NCBI GenBank assembly: GCA_042566505.1
Contig: JBHPKP010000001.1
Span: forward strand, 8,483 to 72,482
Length of the DNA: 64,000 nt
Reading direction: 5' to 3'
Source: a bacterium
GTDB taxonomy: Bacteria > RUG730 > JBDRED01 > JBHPKP01
The translations under genes and the position numbers were made by a program. The notes under the pieces are model-generated. The model was not told the origin of the DNA and did no database searches. It saw nothing but the letters and a program-made list of their open reading frames with translations. Below are positions 10,204 through 20,202 of this stretch, piece after piece. Numbering within the stretch: position 1 is the first letter of the stretch; each line of letters begins with the position of its first letter.

Positions 10204-11115
10204 TCACTGTATTTTATGCTTTGCATTATAAATTAGGTTAATATTACCCAAATCACAAAATCCGTGTGTTTTGGAAACATTTTTTACGATTACATCGCAT
10301 TTTGCCATGAAAAGAAAAAATATTGGTTTCATTGCATGTGACAAAGTCTCAAAATTCCCCTGCCCCTTACTAATAACCATATCAGCCTTTCTATACACCT
10401 TCAAGAAATTGGGATCACAAAGCTTTAAAATTGTACCCGGAGCATCCGATCCACTTGATATGATTTGGCATGATTTGTCGAGCCCACAGAAAACTGCGTC
10501 TTCTAAAGTTGCATCATTAATTATTGGAGATTTTTTTACAGCATAAAATACATTTTTAATTGGATAATGCGCTTTAATATACTCGATAAGAATCCTATCA
10601 AACACTGTTTCCCCTGCATTATCCCCAATGTACAAAATATTTTTTGCTTTTTTTAATGTATGTTCAAACTCTTTAAAATCAAAAACAGCCTTTTTATTGT
10701 TTTTTACAAATTTCGTCTCTTTTGTCAGTATTTTATTGATCTCTTTTTCAACATTGAGTGTACTTTTTATACCATAGTCTATGACATTACCAATTGCTGC
10801 AAGCTCAACAGCTGTTAAAAGACTACCTTTTGAATGGCTCACTTTTCTTTTGAGATGATCATAAACCTTTAGAGCGGTTACATTACTATAATGCTTTCTA
10901 TGCTTAAAAGGGTCAGCAACTTTCGAATGTTCTTTTATAACCTTGTACATAATCCTTGCAAATTCAGGTGGTGATTTATGTTTTGGAAAAAATTGGATTT
11001 TTTGCGCAATTTCATTGATAACATTGTGTTTTTTGGCTTCACTTAAATGCAGCATATTAACAGTTTCAATTGCCTGCCTAAAAAAACACGGAATACATTC
11101 AAAATATGTTTTCAA
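10204..11115 (-). CDS. DUF89/ARMT1-like damage-control phosphatase family protein
   Basis: N-terminal Cys motif (ECIPCFF) and GDNAGETVFD block resembling the metal-binding motif of DUF89 proteins. Size 303 aa. Confidence 0.55.
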   Translation of the reverse strand: MKTYFECIPCFFRQAIETVNMLHLSEAKKHNVINEIAQKIQFFPKHKSPPEFARIMYKVIKEHSKVADPFKHRKHYSNVTALKVYDHLKRKVSHSKGSLLTAVELAAIGNVIDYGIKSTLNVEKEINKILTKETKFVKNNKKAVFDFKEFEHTLKKAKNILYIGDNAGETVFDRILIEYIKAHYPIKNVFYAVKKSPIINDATLEDAVFCGLDKSCQIISSGSDAPGTILKLCDPNFLKVYRKADMVISKGQGNFETLSHAMKPIFFLFMAKCDVIVKNVSKTHGFCDLGNINLIYNAKHKIQ

Positions 11116-11324
11116 GTTTTAGCTCCTATGATTAATGTAAAAAGTTATTATACCACGATATATACCAATTTAATATTTTAAAAAAAACCGAATTACTTAA
11201 GTGTCTCACTAATTAACAACCTGTCCGGGTTGAGGGAAGACACAAGCAACTCGGTTTAATTATGAAATTCGCATTATAAACTAACCACACAAACATAGCT
11301 TTGTCAAGAGGCTAATAATTGTTT

Positions 11325-11594
11325 TTATCGTCGAAACTTTTTCATTATATTTATTTCTTCAGCAAAAACATCTAAAACCTTCAGAGAACTATGCTCACCA
11401 CTTACTATTTGTATTTTTGACTTAGCAAGTCCCAATTGTTTTGCAAAAAAACTAATTAATTCTTCGTTCGCCTTTCCATCTTTAGCAAGTGCCTTAATCT
11501 TTACTTTATAATAAATCTTGCCATCCGCATGTTCCCACATGCCGCAAAATTCATTTTTCTTAGCATTTGCAGTAACTTTTATGTTTATTTTCAT
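11325..11594 (-). CDS. YggU/DUF167 family protein
   Basis: 89 aa, MKINIKVTANAKKNEF...IVSGEHSSLKVL pattern typical of UPF0235/YggU. Confidence 0.7.
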   Translation of the reverse strand: MKINIKVTANAKKNEFCGMWEHADGKIYYKVKIKALAKDGKANEELISFFAKQLGLAKSKIQIVSGEHSSLKVLDVFAEEINIMKKFRR

Positions 11595-12079
11595 ACCATC
11601 ATGTCATGTCTAATCTCTGATAATTCTTTAAAATGCTTGCGTTCTTCACTAATAATATCATCAATAAAGCATCTTTTATCTTCCGGGATTAGTGGTTTGA
11701 TCTCTGAATAATACCATATTGCTTCTTGCTCACTTTGAATCGCTAAATCGAGCGCAGAAAAGATATTGTTAATATCGTATGTAATCGTTCTCTTTTTATC
11801 TCTACTGAAAATTATATTGTCTGCATACGAACGAATATATGTGAAATACTCTTCCGGATAATTATCAACTGAACTATAATCAGCAACACTTTTTGCCAAC
11901 TCTTCAAAAAACTCTTTATGTTTCTGCTCTTCTTGCGCCATAAATTCAAAAAATTCTTTTAAATTTTCTTTTTTTGTATTTTTTGAAAGCTCTGTATAAA
12001 ACTTTTTTCCTTCTTCCTCGATTCTAATAGCAATTTGAAAAATCTCCGAGATATTAAATTTTTCCATAATATTCTCCAT
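11591..12079 (-). CDS. ferritin-like (rubrerythrin-like diiron) domain protein without rubredoxin domain
   Basis: Two E...EExxH-like helices (EEQKHKEFFEEL ... EERKHFKEL) typical of the ferritin-like superfamily. Size 162 aa. Confidence 0.55.
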   Translation of the reverse strand: MENIMEKFNISEIFQIAIRIEEEGKKFYTELSKNTKKENLKEFFEFMAQEEQKHKEFFEELAKSVADYSSVDNYPEEYFTYIRSYADNIIFSRDKKRTITYDINNIFSALDLAIQSEQEAIWYYSEIKPLIPEDKRCFIDDIISEERKHFKELSEIRHDMMV

Positions 12080-12087
12080 TTTTTTAG

Positions 12088-14028
12088 TTATATGCTTCTA
12101 TAAGTATCCTTTAACACTTCAACAATAAACGGATCGAATTGTAACCCTTTGCAGCGATGCATTTCCTCAATTGCGTCTTCTCTGCTAAGTGTATTTTTAT
12201 AAGTTCTATATGAAGTCATTGCATCAAAACTATCCGCCACTTGTAAAATCCTTGCAAGCAAATCAACCTTTTCCTCTTTCAATCCATCGGGATAACCTGT
12301 GCCGTCCCATTTTTCATGATGATGCCTAACAATTTTCTTTATTTCAGACAAAAAATCCATAGGGGTAATAATACTTTCACCCCGAACAGGATGTGTCTTT
12401 ATTATATTATATTCTTCATCAGATAGTTTTTCTTCTTTGTTTAATATTTTTTCATCAATAGAAATTTTTCCAATATCATGCAAAAGTGCTGCATAATTTA
12501 ATAGCTCTATATCTTTTTTGGAACAACCAACTTTTTCTGCAATCGCAATACTGATAAGCCTTACACGTTCAACATGTCCACGTGTATTAATATCCTTGAA
12601 TTCAAGAGCCTTTGATAAAGATTCAATTGTACCCAAAATATTGTGCTTAAGTTCTGTATATGAAGAAGCATTAATAAAAGTTACGCCAATTTCCAAACGT
12701 AACAAGTTTAATGCAGTTAGTTCCTGTATTGTAAATGTTTCGCACTCTTTCTTTTCACCTAAAGTCATAAAACCTATCAGTTTTTCATTTACTAAAATAG
12801 GCACACACACTTCTGCTTCCATGATTTTTAAATAATGCTCTGCTGCATGATAACCTTTTCTTGTTTCATCAAAATTTTTCTTAATATTATGTATCCAAAT
12901 CCTATTCCCCGATTTCAACCATTGAACTAGAAAGTGCTTTGAACTAAATTCCATATCTTTGCAATTGCTGCAATCTCCATGCAGACCTTTTAGTACATAT
13001 TTTTTTTTGTCTGCATCAAAAAGGAATAAAGTTACTTTTTTAACCTTAAATATCTCAGAAATATTTTTTAAAACATTTTCAACTAATTGTCCAATATCCA
13101 ACATTGAAACTATTTGCTCTTTAAATCTTCTTACATCAGCTTCATATTTATTGTCCGTCAGATACATTTTGTTAATTATTTTTTGAACATATTTCAAATA
13201 TGGAAAATAGCAAAAAGAAATGAATGCGATTGATAAAAACCTAAAAAATATTAAGTTTTTTAGATTTAATTTTACCGCAAAAAACTCAAAAACAAACATC
13301 AAAAATAAATACGTAACCGTAAAGGAGCTGCCCATAATAACATGGACAGTACTTCTTTTTACAACACTCTGAACACCAAACAAAGTATATCGAAAAACCG
13401 CATATACCGTCATTCCTAAATAAAATAACACTCCAATAAAACTATAAAAAATCAACTTGAAGCAACCATAGAATGGCAATAAAACTAAAGTAAGCAGCAA
13501 TATTATCTGCAGACCAATATGCCCAATAAATATGCATCTGGCTTGCAGCCTTAAAATACTATTAAACAGATATTGCGTTATTCCGGTCATATATAAGGTG
13601 TATAAAATCGAGTATAAGAAAAACCCTAAAAAAATAATCGAATTTAAACTAAAAACAATCGTCAACTCCGGATCATAAGTTATTCCTATCATATTTCTAT
13701 CAAAAAGGATGATCATAAATATAATAGCTCCTATTGTTAACCAATGAAAAATTTCTAATAAACTTAATTTTTTTTGATATGTAAATACTTTTATAAACAT
13801 GATATTTGCAACTAAAACAAAAACCCAGCTTGCAAATAGTATTTTGAGCAACAAAGCAGATTGAAACAAGCTGGCAACACTTAATAAGATCAACCAAAAA
13901 CTAGTAACAAATATAAAAATTAAAAAAAGTTTTCTAATATAAAGCTCCACTTTTAACTTGCTAAACAATAGTATCCCCAGTATCAAGTTTACAGATATTG
14001 ACAGTGTAATTAATATAATTTCTAACAT
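12088..14028 (-). CDS. 7TM receptor-GAF-HD-GYP phosphodiesterase (c-di-GMP)
   Basis: About 7 predicted TM helices N-terminally, a central GAF-like region, and a C-terminal HD-GYP domain (LHDIGK ... HHEKWDGTGYP). Confidence 0.8.
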   Translation of the reverse strand: MLEIILITLSISVNLILGILLFSKLKVELYIRKLFLIFIFVTSFWLILLSVASLFQSALLLKILFASWVFVLVANIMFIKVFTYQKKLSLLEIFHWLTIGAIIFMIILFDRNMIGITYDPELTIVFSLNSIIFLGFFLYSILYTLYMTGITQYLFNSILRLQARCIFIGHIGLQIILLLTLVLLPFYGCFKLIFYSFIGVLFYLGMTVYAVFRYTLFGVQSVVKRSTVHVIMGSSFTVTYLFLMFVFEFFAVKLNLKNLIFFRFLSIAFISFCYFPYLKYVQKIINKMYLTDNKYEADVRRFKEQIVSMLDIGQLVENVLKNISEIFKVKKVTLFLFDADKKKYVLKGLHGDCSNCKDMEFSSKHFLVQWLKSGNRIWIHNIKKNFDETRKGYHAAEHYLKIMEAEVCVPILVNEKLIGFMTLGEKKECETFTIQELTALNLLRLEIGVTFINASSYTELKHNILGTIESLSKALEFKDINTRGHVERVRLISIAIAEKVGCSKKDIELLNYAALLHDIGKISIDEKILNKEEKLSDEEYNIIKTHPVRGESIITPMDFLSEIKKIVRHHHEKWDGTGYPDGLKEEKVDLLARILQVADSFDAMTSYRTYKNTLSREDAIEEMHRCKGLQFDPFIVEVLKDTYRSI

Positions 14029-15977
14029 ATGACTATTTTCCTTAAAGCTTTTGACGCATAGTAAGCAATTTGGGGATCAAACCACAAACTTGAATATTTC
14101 CCAATCTCATACAATGCCTTATCAAAAGATTGGGCACCTCGATATGGGCGTGAAGATGTCATGGCATCAAATGCATCTGCAATTGCTATTATCCTCGAAA
14201 AAAACGGTATTGATTCCTTTGAAAGGTTGTCAGGGTAACCTGTCCCATCCCATTTCTCATGATGGTGTCTCACAATCTCTTTTACACTTGTTAAAAATTT
14301 TATTGGATGAATAATATTTTCACCCAAAACCGGATGTTCTTTGATTTGATCAAATTCTTTTTTATTCAGTTTGGACTCTTTGTGTAAAACCTTTGAATCA
14401 ACTGCAATCTTGCCAATATCATGTAAAAGACCTCCAAATTCCAAAAGATCCAACTCATGACGCTCCAGTCCAATTTCCTTACCAATTTCAACTGCATACC
14501 CAACTACTCGTTCAGAATGTCCACATGTATATAGGTCTTTTGCCTCTATTGCATTTGTGAGCGCTTTAACAGTTCCCAGATAATTATTTTTAAGTTCATT
14601 ATATGAAATAGCATTTGAAATACTTAATGCAGTTTCATTTGCAATAACCTGCAATAGTTTTTTTTCATTTTGACTATATGTCTGCTCATCATTTTTTTCA
14701 CTTAATACAAAAATACCTACTAATTTCTGGCTATAAAAAACCGGAACAAAAAGCTCGAGTTTATGACTTTCAATAAAATCTAATAACTTTGAATCATTTA
14801 TCCCATATTCGAATATATTACCTTTAGTTAATACCCCTTTTGATTCTTTCATAAGCTTTATGACTCTACTTTTTTCATCCAAAATAATAGGAGACTCCAA
14901 CTCATCTGAACTGGTTTGAGAGGCATCCAAATAGTAAGTTTTTTGTTTATTGTCGTACAAAAAAAGTGCAACAAAACTCATATACCATTTTGAGTCCATT
15001 GCATCCAAAATAATATCAACTAAATTTTGCAAATTTAATACAGTTAGTATTTTATTTGAAAATTTGTTTGCAACATTAAAGTTATCTATATCTGCATTAA
15101 ATATTTTATTCTCAAAAAATAATTCAATTTTACTTTTCAAAGGTAAAAATATAATCGAAATAAGTACAGACATTACAAAACGTGCAAAAATTGAATTATA
15201 CCCGGCAAGGTTTTGAAGTACATGTTCGAAAACATAAATTCCAGAGAAAAATATTGAAGTAATAATTACCACAATAGATCCATAAACAGTGCTTTTTTTA
15301 AGAATATATCTAAAATTAAATAAATTTAGATTATATGCCCAATAGTACAAAAAGATAATATTATTTATCCCGACAAAATAAAAAAGTACTTTATAATTAT
15401 TTGTATTAACATACGGCATAAAAATAAAACACAAATAATACAACCCACCTAAATAAACACAACTAAACAGAACACTCATACTTATATCTGTTTTCTCTAC
15501 ATACCAAAAATATATTTCATACAAAAAGAAAAGAGACACAAGAAAAACAAATTCCGAATAAACAATAAAAAGATTTGTATAGTTTATTGAAACAATACCC
15601 GAATCAAATGAAAGAAAATTTTTATCAAACACAATAAATGTTGTAAATATCATGCTTACTAAAAAAATTACTGATTTTATTTTGGTATTGATATCCAGAC
15701 GTTTAGAAATTTTTGAAGCAAAAAGATAAAAACTAAAAATTAGACAGGAATACACATACAAAAAAGAATAAAATAAAAATGATTTATTATAAACATGGAT
15801 AGAAATTATATTGACAAGCCATATCGCTGCAAAAAAACCAATCAATAAAAGTGGGAAAATATATTTTGATCTGTTTTTTTCAACAGCTTGGCTCGGAGAG
15901 AATAGTTTTGATAAAAGGTTTTTAAAAAGCCCTAGAAACACTATTTTAAATTTTCTTAAAAATGTACCTTTTTTCAT
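14022..15977 (-). CDS. 7TM receptor-GAF-HD-GYP phosphodiesterase (c-di-GMP), tandem paralog
   Basis: Same architecture as the downstream neighbour. The HD-GYP core (LHDIGKIAVD ... HHEKWDGTGYP) is near-identical, and the two ORFs overlap by 7 nt. Confidence 0.8.
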   Translation of the reverse strand: MKKGTFLRKFKIVFLGLFKNLLSKLFSPSQAVEKNRSKYIFPLLLIGFFAAIWLVNIISIHVYNKSFLFYSFLYVYSCLIFSFYLFASKISKRLDINTKIKSVIFLVSMIFTTFIVFDKNFLSFDSGIVSINYTNLFIVYSEFVFLVSLFFLYEIYFWYVEKTDISMSVLFSCVYLGGLYYLCFIFMPYVNTNNYKVLFYFVGINNIIFLYYWAYNLNLFNFRYILKKSTVYGSIVVIITSIFFSGIYVFEHVLQNLAGYNSIFARFVMSVLISIIFLPLKSKIELFFENKIFNADIDNFNVANKFSNKILTVLNLQNLVDIILDAMDSKWYMSFVALFLYDNKQKTYYLDASQTSSDELESPIILDEKSRVIKLMKESKGVLTKGNIFEYGINDSKLLDFIESHKLELFVPVFYSQKLVGIFVLSEKNDEQTYSQNEKKLLQVIANETALSISNAISYNELKNNYLGTVKALTNAIEAKDLYTCGHSERVVGYAVEIGKEIGLERHELDLLEFGGLLHDIGKIAVDSKVLHKESKLNKKEFDQIKEHPVLGENIIHPIKFLTSVKEIVRHHHEKWDGTGYPDNLSKESIPFFSRIIAIADAFDAMTSSRPYRGAQSFDKALYEIGKYSSLWFDPQIAYYASKALRKIVIC

Positions 15978-16152
15978 ATTGAAAGATACTCATCTATATA
16001 GATTAAAGATTACAATGCCGTGCATACATTATTATTTAGAATATTCGAATTATAACTAATTATATTTTTCAGTACAAGGATAAATGTTTTGAATACGTCT
16101 AGGATTTAGAAGGAAATAGACTTGTTAAGCTGCCATATAAATTTGTTAGTTT

Positions 16153-16500
16153 TTACTTAATCATTACAAGCAGCATCTTGAATTTTTCTTTAGCTTTTAG
16201 GGAATGAGGTTTATTGGCAGGCATTATAATCAGCTCACCATCTTTAACTTCATATAACTTACTGTCAATCATGATATTTGCAGTTCCGTCGACAATTTTC
16301 ACTAATGCATCAAATGGAGCAGTATGCTCACTTAATCCTTGACCTGCATCAAATGCAAAAACAGTTACAGTACCGGTTGGTTTATTAACCAACGTACGAC
16401 TTACAACTGATCCTTCCTGATAATTTACACTTTCTTTTATATTAATAATTTTCTCTGTCATAATATTTTTATTTTGCATATTATTTGTTAACTTGTACAT
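16153..16500 (-). CDS. cupin-domain protein
   Basis: 115 aa. Conserved small-barrel cupin_2-like sequence with H residues in motif positions (SEHTAP...KPHSL). Confidence 0.6.
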   Translation of the reverse strand: MYKLTNNMQNKNIMTEKIINIKESVNYQEGSVVSRTLVNKPTGTVTVFAFDAGQGLSEHTAPFDALVKIVDGTANIMIDSKLYEVKDGELIIMPANKPHSLKAKEKFKMLLVMIK

Positions 16501-17357
16501 TAATATTTTCCCAATGCATTCTTTCTGACTTGATCCTCTGCCATATCTAAAATATCTTCTATCAATATATTTAATTTTTTATTTTGTTCGTTTTGCAGCG
16601 CTATCCGCTTATTTTTCGACTGAACTCTTGGCTTATCAACTTCAAGCTGTTCCGTCCGAATCTGTTCTTTTAGTGAAATTGCAAAATAGCTTCTTAGTTT
16701 ACTACGTTCACTTCTACTAAGTGATGTCTTGTTCCCTGTTTGTATTTCAAAAAATATATCTTCTGCTCCAGCCGGACTTCCAACTGAATCAATTAGTTTA
16801 TCTTCCCAAACCGATCCTGAATATGTATTGGTATTTTTGTTGCGAGCTTGTACAAGCACCGTATCTTTTGTTTTTTCAAATATTGAAGTAACCAGTCTTA
16901 AAGCCTTGCTCTGCGCACTATTATATTCATTTACACCAAAAATATATAAGCCTATAAACGCTGTAATTACTGCCGCTGCCAATACTATCGACGCTATTAT
17001 CATTCTTCTGAATCTTCTTTTTCTTATTTTACTTATTTTCCACCACTCTAAAAAAAAGCCATGCCCTTTTGGGCATTCAGAAATCAAATATCGTTCTCTA
17101 AATACTTTTTTAACCAGAGTTGTATTTTCTTTACAAATCGGACACTTGTAATGCTCACTTTTGGGAATATAACTTTCATCATGAAATTTTCTTTTTATTC
17201 TTGTAGCAAACACACTGCTGTTTACTTTTAATATATCTTCAATATCATTTTTTTTTGTAAACCACACTCCTTTACAAATATTACAAACACCAAAAACATG
17301 ACCATTTGCACTTTTTCTTTGCAATAAACCAATGCATTCATTATCCGGGCATTTCAT
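16500..17357 (-). CDS. membrane protein with two N-terminal zinc-ribbon (TFIIB-type) domains
   Basis: Two CxxC...CxxCxGxWF-type zinc ribbons, one TM helix, then a Ser/Lys-rich C-terminal domain. This is an anti-sigma-factor-like topology. Start overlaps the cupin stop (ATGA). Confidence 0.5.
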   Translation of the reverse strand: MKCPDNECIGLLQRKSANGHVFGVCNICKGVWFTKKNDIEDILKVNSSVFATRIKRKFHDESYIPKSEHYKCPICKENTTLVKKVFRERYLISECPKGHGFFLEWWKISKIRKRRFRRMIIASIVLAAAVITAFIGLYIFGVNEYNSAQSKALRLVTSIFEKTKDTVLVQARNKNTNTYSGSVWEDKLIDSVGSPAGAEDIFFEIQTGNKTSLSRSERSKLRSYFAISLKEQIRTEQLEVDKPRVQSKNKRIALQNEQNKKLNILIEDILDMAEDQVRKNALGKY

Positions 17358-17628
17358 ATTTTTTCTCCATAAATAGGTTTTTGCTGTTTACAATAATAAT
17401 TAATCAGATGGCTATGTGGATTTCACGAACGGAATGCGAAAATTTTGCGAAAATAAATGTAATATTATTTTTTTGAATGGTATAGGCAGATACTATCTTT
17501 CATCCTACATAGACTGGGAACATATGCGAGATGATTATTACTAGTAGTTTTGGCGAAATAATATAGAAGCTGGAATTTAGAATATAAAATCTAGGAGAGA
17601 ATGATAAAAAAAATCAGTTCATTTTTAT

Positions 17629-18321
17629 TCAAGAAGAAACCACTTGCTCATCATCTGAAACTCGCCCATCCAAAAGATGAACTTTGCGGCTTAAATACTT
17701 TATTACCTTTTCATCATGTGTTGCAAAAATAAAAGTTGTATCCAACTCTTGATTAAGCTTTCGCATAATATCAAGAATATTATATGAATTATCCATATCC
17801 AAGTTTGCAGTAGGCTCATCTGCAAGTATCAACTTTGGCTTTTTTACAATTGCGCGCGCTATTGCAGTTCTTTGCGCTTCACCACCTGAAAGCTGAAAAG
17901 GTCTGGAATCTTTTTTATCCAAAATCCCAACATGATTTAGAGCACTAAGAACCTTATCCCTACGTTGATTGTCAGAGAAATTTTGAAGTAAAAGTGGGAA
18001 TTCTACATTTTCATAAACAGTATAAACAGGTAAAAGATTGTAAGTTTGAAAAATAAAACCCATATGCTGATTTCTAAGTTTTGCTGATTCCATATGTGAT
18101 AGAGTTTCGATTTTACAATCCAATACAGTTGCACTTCCGAAAGAAGGCACATCCAGTGCGCCAATAATATTCAAAAGTGTAGTTTTTCCTGAACCACTCG
18201 GACCTATAATTCCCGTAAACTCGCCTTTATTAAACTCCAAACTCACTTCATGTAATGCTGTAAAAAAATTCCCGCCGATTGGATAATTCTTTGTAACTTT
18301 TTTAATCTCAATAAATGCCAC
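17629..18321 (-). CDS. ABC transporter ATP-binding protein (MacB/LolD/FtsE-like), no adjacent permease
   Basis: Walker A GPSGSGKTT, signature LSGGEAQR, Walker B ILADEPT. GTG start inferred. Confidence 0.85.
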   Translation of the reverse strand: MAFIEIKKVTKNYPIGGNFFTALHEVSLEFNKGEFTGIIGPSGSGKTTLLNIIGALDVPSFGSATVLDCKIETLSHMESAKLRNQHMGFIFQTYNLLPVYTVYENVEFPLLLQNFSDNQRRDKVLSALNHVGILDKKDSRPFQLSGGEAQRTAIARAIVKKPKLILADEPTANLDMDNSYNILDIMRKLNQELDTTFIFATHDEKVIKYLSRKVHLLDGRVSDDEQVVSS

Positions 18322-18345
18322 AATAGCCTCCCAGTAAACCTTGTA

Positions 18346-18522
18346 TTATTTGAATAATCCCAAATACTCCTCGTATCCTTCTGTTTCCATTTGGTCTTTT
18401 GGGACAAATCGAAGTGCTGCAGAATTCACACAATATCGAATACCTGACGGAGAGCTTTTTTCTTTAAACACATGTCCCAAATGAGAATCAGCTTGCTTAC
18501 TACGAACTTCGGTTCTAACCAT
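18346..18522 (-). pseudogene. msrB: truncated remnant of peptide-methionine (R)-S-oxide reductase MsrB (C-terminal ~58 codons only)
   Basis: Minus-strand [42 protein letters not shown]... matches the C-terminal HLGHVF...RYCINS block of MsrB. The catalytic N-terminal half is absent and upstream sequence has stops in all frames. Confidence 0.55.
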
Positions 18523-18689
18523 AAAAAACTTTCGATCTTTCTTTTCAATCTAAATCCTCAATAGAAAGCGCCATTTCTTACAAAAAATTATAACCAATAA
18601 AGTTTTGATTTCCAATTTATTTATTCAAAAAAAAAGCAAAAAATACTAGACTAGTACATTCTTTAAAATTTATCTCAGGATTTAATAAT

Positions 18690-19583
18690 ATGCTTTATAA
18701 AATATTTTATAACCCCATAGTAAGCGGTATGCGCAGCAAAAATAATGCACTCACTAAACTTACAAAGCAACTAACCAAACACAAAATCCAATTTGAAGTC
18801 GTTGCCACAACAATTGACAATACAGATGAAAAGGAACTAATTAAAAATATCAAAAAGTTTAAAGCAATAATCGTTCTCGGTGGTGATGGAACATTAAACA
18901 AAACTCTAACATATCTCATAAAAAACAAAGTATCTATCCCCATAGGTTTATTGCCTTGCGGCACTGCAAATGTTTTTGCAATCGAAAAGAAAATCCCATT
19001 CAAAATAAATGCAGCTCTTAAAGTTATATTAAATCATAATGTAAAACTACTAGATATAGGACGAGCAGCAAACAGACGCAAGATTTATTATTTTTTATTA
19101 ATGGCAGGAATTGGTTTTGACGCAAAAGCTGTGTTTGATGTAAACCCAAAAATCAAAAAATATACAAAAAAACTAGCATACATTTTGGCAGGTTTAAAGA
19201 ATTTCATAAAAAGACCTCAAAAAATTGAGGTAGAATTGCCCCTTTTAAAAAAGAAATTCCCTACAACATATGTAGTCATAACTAACAGCAGTTATTATGC
19301 AGGTAAATTTAAAATTGCACCGGATGCGGATATGGCAGACGGTTTATTTGATATGTGCCTATTTAAAGTTAAATCTAATATCGAATACTTAAAATCCATT
19401 CTACATATCGTAAAAAAAACCCATATTACAAAAAACCATATGATGCATATACAAACCGATAAATTCATGATCCGTTCAAAGGATAAACATCCTGTTTACT
19501 TCCAACTTGATGGAGAGGCCATAGGAACACTGCCCCTAAGAATAGAAATTCTTCACAAACACTTGCCCTTTTTGCTGCCATAA
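18690..19583 (+). CDS. diacylglycerol kinase catalytic-domain lipid kinase (YegS/BmrU-like)
   Basis: AIIVLGGDGTLNKTL motif of DAGK_cat. Size 297 aa. Confidence 0.8.
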   Translation: MLYKIFYNPIVSGMRSKNNALTKLTKQLTKHKIQFEVVATTIDNTDEKELIKNIKKFKAIIVLGGDGTLNKTLTYLIKNKVSIPIGLLPCGTANVFAIEKKIPFKINAALKVILNHNVKLLDIGRAANRRKIYYFLLMAGIGFDAKAVFDVNPKIKKYTKKLAYILAGLKNFIKRPQKIEVELPLLKKKFPTTYVVITNSSYYAGKFKIAPDADMADGLFDMCLFKVKSNIEYLKSILHIVKKTHITKNHMMHIQTDKFMIRSKDKHPVYFQLDGEAIGTLPLRIEILHKHLPFLLP

Positions 19584-19609
19584 CACTTGAAACTATATAT
19601 ACACCATAA

Positions 19610-19633
19610 TCCTTGAAATTTGTCAATTTCAAG
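19610..19633. terminator. bidirectional hairpin between convergent genes
   Basis: Perfect 10-bp inverted repeat CCTTGAAATT-TGTC-AATTTCAAGG between the dgk-like (+) and cvpA-like (-) genes. The half-site recurs once more 15 bp downstream. Confidence 0.45.
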
Positions 19634-19695
19634 GAGTCCAACTCCTTGAAATTAGCCTTTTTTAAGGATTTTATTGAAATGATTTAGCAAATCTA

Positions 19696-20202
19696 CTAGA
19701 TCGATTTTGGGAAAAAAGTGCCAATTTTTTTTTCGAACCTGGAAGGAAAAATTTTCGAAAGCTTATTATTGAATTTTAAAATCATACTAAATGTTTTAGC
19801 TCTATCTAGATTTATAGAGTGTATTTCATTTGGGAAGAAATTGTTCGCAACTGAATAAACACTACCAATCGACATGAATCCAATCATTACCAAAAGCACC
19901 ATACCTAAAACCCTATCTGCAGGCTTAAGAAATAATTGTTTAATAAATTTTGATAAAAGCTTGCCTATCATTACTATGATAAATGAGGATATGAAAAAGA
20001 TTATTGCGAACGAAAATAAACGTGCCCAATCATTTTGCGGGAAAATTTTCATGCCAAACATATAGAATTTTGCAGCTACAATGCTTCCTACAAATATGGA
20101 TGCAAAAAGAAAAACAACATGGATTGCGCCCAGAAAAAACCCAACACTTGCAAATCCTAAAATTAAAATAAATACAGATACATCAATTATACTCATTTTC
20201 AA
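19696..20202 (-). CDS. CvpA-family membrane protein
   Basis: 168 aa, four hydrophobic helices. N-terminus MKMSIIDVSVFILILGFASVGFFLG typical of colicin V production protein CvpA. Confidence 0.6.
   Translation of the reverse strand: MKMSIIDVSVFILILGFASVGFFLGAIHVVFLFASIFVGSIVAAKFYMFGMKIFPQNDWARLFSFAIIFFISSFIIVMIGKLLSKFIKQLFLKPADRVLGMVLLVMIGFMSIGSVYSVANNFFPNEIHSINLDRAKTFSMILKFNNKLSKIFPSRFEKKIGTFFPKSI

Noticed and set aside
11116-11324. 209-bp intergenic region with a 6-bp stem/32-nt loop hairpin (GTGTCT...AGACAC) that could be read as an sRNA or riboswitch
   Set aside because: Stem too short, no recognisable riboswitch core. More likely just a promoter region for the DUF89 gene.
17430-17460. 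Direct repeat TGCGAAAAT...TGCGAAAAT downstream of the zinc-ribbon gene
   Set aside because: Short, single occurrence, not palindromic. No evidence of function.
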